Part shown: in pieces, positions 60,847-64,000 of the stretch
Position numbering within the stretch: position 1 is the stretch's first letter
Layout of the letters: the number at the start of each line of letters is the position of its first letter
NCBI GenBank assembly: GCA_026026165.1
Contig: JAPEUD010000038.1
Location: 124,001-188,000 of the forward strand
Direction of reading: 5' to 3'
Source: Sarea resinae
Taxonomy: Eukaryota
DNA: 64,000 nucleotides
Program-made: the position numbers and the translations under genes
The notes under the pieces: model-generated
What the model saw: the letters and a program-made list of their open reading frames with translations, nothing else
Told to the model about the DNA's origin: nothing
The model's database searches: none

Positions 60847-63800
60847 ATGTCACTCAATATATTTATTGCGCATACTGGTGATCGCTTGCCAGCCGATCCA
60901 GTATCGTTTGCTACGTAAGTTACGGGTGCTATCGTGGAGACTATCTTCAGCTGGCACCATTCTTTGGCTTCCCGAAAGTGTACTGACCACCTTCTTCGCA
61001 AAGATTCGATTCACTTCGATCATGGATAGCCAAAAGTAGCTCAGTCAGCCCTCAGAATCAGATATTGATGACTGCCCGAGGCAAGCAAGTCAAGCTTCAA
61101 ACATTGTTGACTGAGGTATGAACCTTGGCAGGGAGACAGCAGGGAACTTTGTCTGATGGGAAATCTAACTCTCCGTCTAGAAAGAGATATTCGTATATGA
61201 CCGCCAGCATCTCGCGCCTCGCTCGTCGGGCGGATCAGAACCTTCGACACCGCATGTCTCCGTGCCATCTCTCTATTCACCGAAAGATCCCCCAGACTCA
61301 CTTTCCAATCAGAATGACCTGCAAGCATGGCAGAACCTATTCAAGTCTCGGAGGGCCTGGACTATGGAATTATTCGACAAGTGTGCATCCATGTCAGATT
61401 CTATCCATGACCACGCTGCCGCCGTCAATATCATCGAGAGAGGAGTAGGAGTGGCAGTGGAAAATCTACGATCACATGTACGGACCCTAGAGCAGAAATA
61501 TGGAGAAGCTCGGACGTGGGCTAGCGATGTTATCAAAGAGCATGAGATCGTGGTGGATGGCTGGAATAATACTTGGTCAAGACTTGAGACCATTGCTGCC
61601 AAAGAATCGTTCCTAGATCTTATGCACCCGGGAAACACAAGATCATCCCCTGGGCAAGATCGAGGCGCACCAGACTCCGACCGGAAACCAGTAGTCACAG
61701 ATCTTGTGGACACTGCAGAGATCGACAAAGCTGGAGCGATTAGTCATGATATCTCAGAGCGCTTCAAACATCGGCTCTTCGAGCTCGAAAAGGTCGTCGA
61801 GAAGATTACGTCAGATAGCCGTGAGCTTTCAGAAAACGTTCATAGAACAACCGCCGGCTCTACAATGAATAATAGCGAAGAAGACACGATAAGACTTCTA
61901 GAAGATATTGAAGCCGTCGCTAAAAAGGTTAGCTCTGATTACGAACATGTTCTCGGCCTTCAGTCTTCGGCGAAATCTATATCCCAGGCTTCCAAAATGG
62001 CGTTGCTTCATACCAGGAACTATCTGCCTTCTTTGATTGAAGCGAGTGCAGAGATGAGCCAGGTGCACCGACAAGCAGTCCAACAGCGAAACTCTTCCGC
62101 AAAAGCTGCAATCCGCCACATGCAAACAATATCGGCGGTCGAGTCGATGCTTGCAAATGTTCATTCAGATCTTTCGGGTCTAGACATAAACCCGGAAGAA
62201 ATCGCAGCTTTTGACCTACTCACTCTGGTATCTAGATTGCCATTTGCTTATGGATCTCTATTGATAGAGTCTGTCCGGCGGCGAGAATGGTCGGAGAAGA
62301 TGAAGACTGATTCTTCAACCTTGGCAGAGGAGATGGCAGCCTACAAAGAAGAAGAGGAGCGGCGCCGGAGAAAGTGGGTCAAGGCTCTTGGAGACTTTGT
62401 TCCGAGTGGTGCGGTCGACGGCAAGGCGATAGGGGTAGAAGTCAACCTCCAAGGTGAAGAGAAGACATTACCATTCGCTACTCGGGAAGACGTCAATTCT
62501 TTTCTGAAGGAGCTGGAGGACCTTGGTGGAATGGAAGAGATCACTAAAGAATTATCTCAGCTGCTGAAAGATTTGGATCGGCCTACTCGACAGCATGCGA
62601 AAATAGCTAAAGCATTCAAAAATGGAAGCGTACATGACGCCGCTTTTGGCAGGGGCTCGCTCCTTCTTCGAGGTGAAGATGACCTTGTTCGGAGTCTGAA
62701 GGATGACAAGAATAGACTTGAGGATAGGCTGAAGGGCTCTGAGAGTCGAGTGCGGAAGTTGGAGGATCTTCTACACCGCCAGAGCCAGATGGGTCGATAT
62801 CCAGGTGGAAATATATTCCAGCCTTCCCACAGTCCTAGCCGAGACCCAATTAATCAAGCCACTTCTTTGTCCTCGCCGAGGCATTTGGATACAACATCTC
62901 GTCGTTCATCGGTCTCTTCACGTAGGGTTTCTGCAAGCCATGGGATGGAGGATAAAGCCTTAGCAAACAGAATTCTAAGCCTAGAAGCCGAGCTGCTAGC
63001 GGAGCGGGAGAAAATAACAGGTCTTCAAAACGAGACTTCGCAGAAGAGTGGCACAGATGACCAACTAAAGATTCAGATGGAGGAGGCTATCTCGACAAAG
63101 AAGGACCTGATGGACAATCTAGAAGCGCAGCAACGCGAGTTTACTGGCGAGCGGAAGCTGCTTCTGGATGAGATCAGGAAAGTCAAGATGAGAAACGACG
63201 AACTCGAGGATGAATTTGACAGAATACTTGGAAGCAGAGATAATGAGAAGTCGGGCATCGATGAGAGAATTCTCTCTCTCGAGGCTGATCTAGATAAGAC
63301 TAGAAAGGCTGCTGCAGAAGAAGTGCAGAGAGCTCAGGGGCAGGTTGACTTCATGAAGAACGATTATACTCTGCAGCGAGAGAAAGCCAACAGACTTGAA
63401 AGCGAAATTGGCCAATCCGAACAGCAAAATGCCGGACTCAACGAGAAGGTTAAGGAGCTTGAGAACCATATGCTGGAGGATCAAACAGCTCGCGCAGAAG
63501 CTCTTCAAGCTATTCGATCTGCATATTCTCACCTAAAACCGGATGAAATGCCTCCGAACGACCTGACTACCTTGGCACAAGCATTCGAGCTCGCTACCGA
63601 ACGAGCAGTCAACCATGCAAAGGATCTGGGGGATGCTCTTGCCTTGGCGCAAGCTGATATCCAGGACCTGAAATCTAAAGTCAGTACCGCGGAGGAAGAT
63701 GGTCTTGCAGCCCATGAGAAACTTGCTGCAGAAGAGAACAAAAATTCCTGCCTTCAAGAAGCTCTTTCCCAAGAGCAAGCTCGGGTGGGCTCGTTAAGGA

Positions 63801-64000
63801 AGGAGCTAGACGATGAGCGGCAGGAACTGAATGGTCTCCGAACTAGATTCGCTGATGGTGAAACGGGATCTGAAGCTTTGAGATCGAGGGTGTCTCAAGA
63901 GGAGAGCAAAGTCATCGAGCTGTCAGGAAAACTTTCTGCTGCAGAGTCGCATGCCCGGAGCCTCGAGACAGAATTAGGAAGATGGCAATCAAACTTTCAA
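60847..64000 (+). CDS. ATG11: Autophagy-related protein 11 (selective autophagy scaffold), 3'-truncated by the window
   Basis: Exons 60847-60914, 61004-61115, 61181->64000. MSLNIFIAHTGDRLPADPVSFAT|FDSLRSWI...QILMTARGKQVKLQTLLTE|KEIFVYDR, then PPDSLSNQNDLQAWQNLFKSRRAW, GSLLIESVRRREW and long coiled coils. Missing from the ORF track, presumably because no stop lies in the window. Confidence 0.92.

Overview
Gene-dense, intron-containing DNA of a filamentous ascomycete (Pezizomycotina). The evidence is short GT-AG introns with CTRAY branch sites and fungal-specific families such as a Zn2Cys6 transcription factor. I reconstructed 22 protein-coding genes by hand, and the summed exon lengths of the complete spliced models are divisible by 3. 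Recognisable genes: HOM6, ERG13, NHP6, a CENP-H-family kinetochore gene, ATG11 (runs off the right edge, absent from the ORF track), an SR140/U2SURP-like splicing factor, a CCDC174-like protein, a Upc2-like Zn2Cys6 factor, two MFS transporters, a DUF3445/HDOD-like protein, a HAD hydrolase, an NmrA-like reductase and an HSL-family esterase. The rest are hypotheticals. I found no tRNA, rRNA, transposon, CRISPR array or secondary-metabolite backbone gene, so the window looks mostly like core genome and I cannot claim a clear new system. The best leads are: a -SRL (PTS1-type) C-terminus on homoserine dehydrogenase; a required GC-AG intron in the transcription factor; a 'sliding' intron whose two possible splice registers give the same protein; GTAC/CGGAGTAC-rich islands in large promoters; a tandem ATTGTTC (HMG-box-like) array upstream of the Upc2-like gene; a recurrent C-rich to G-rich switch with microsatellite build-up at gene 3' ends; and a possible HeLo-like plus tandem-PH protein. 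Family names come from motif recognition and recall, not database searches.
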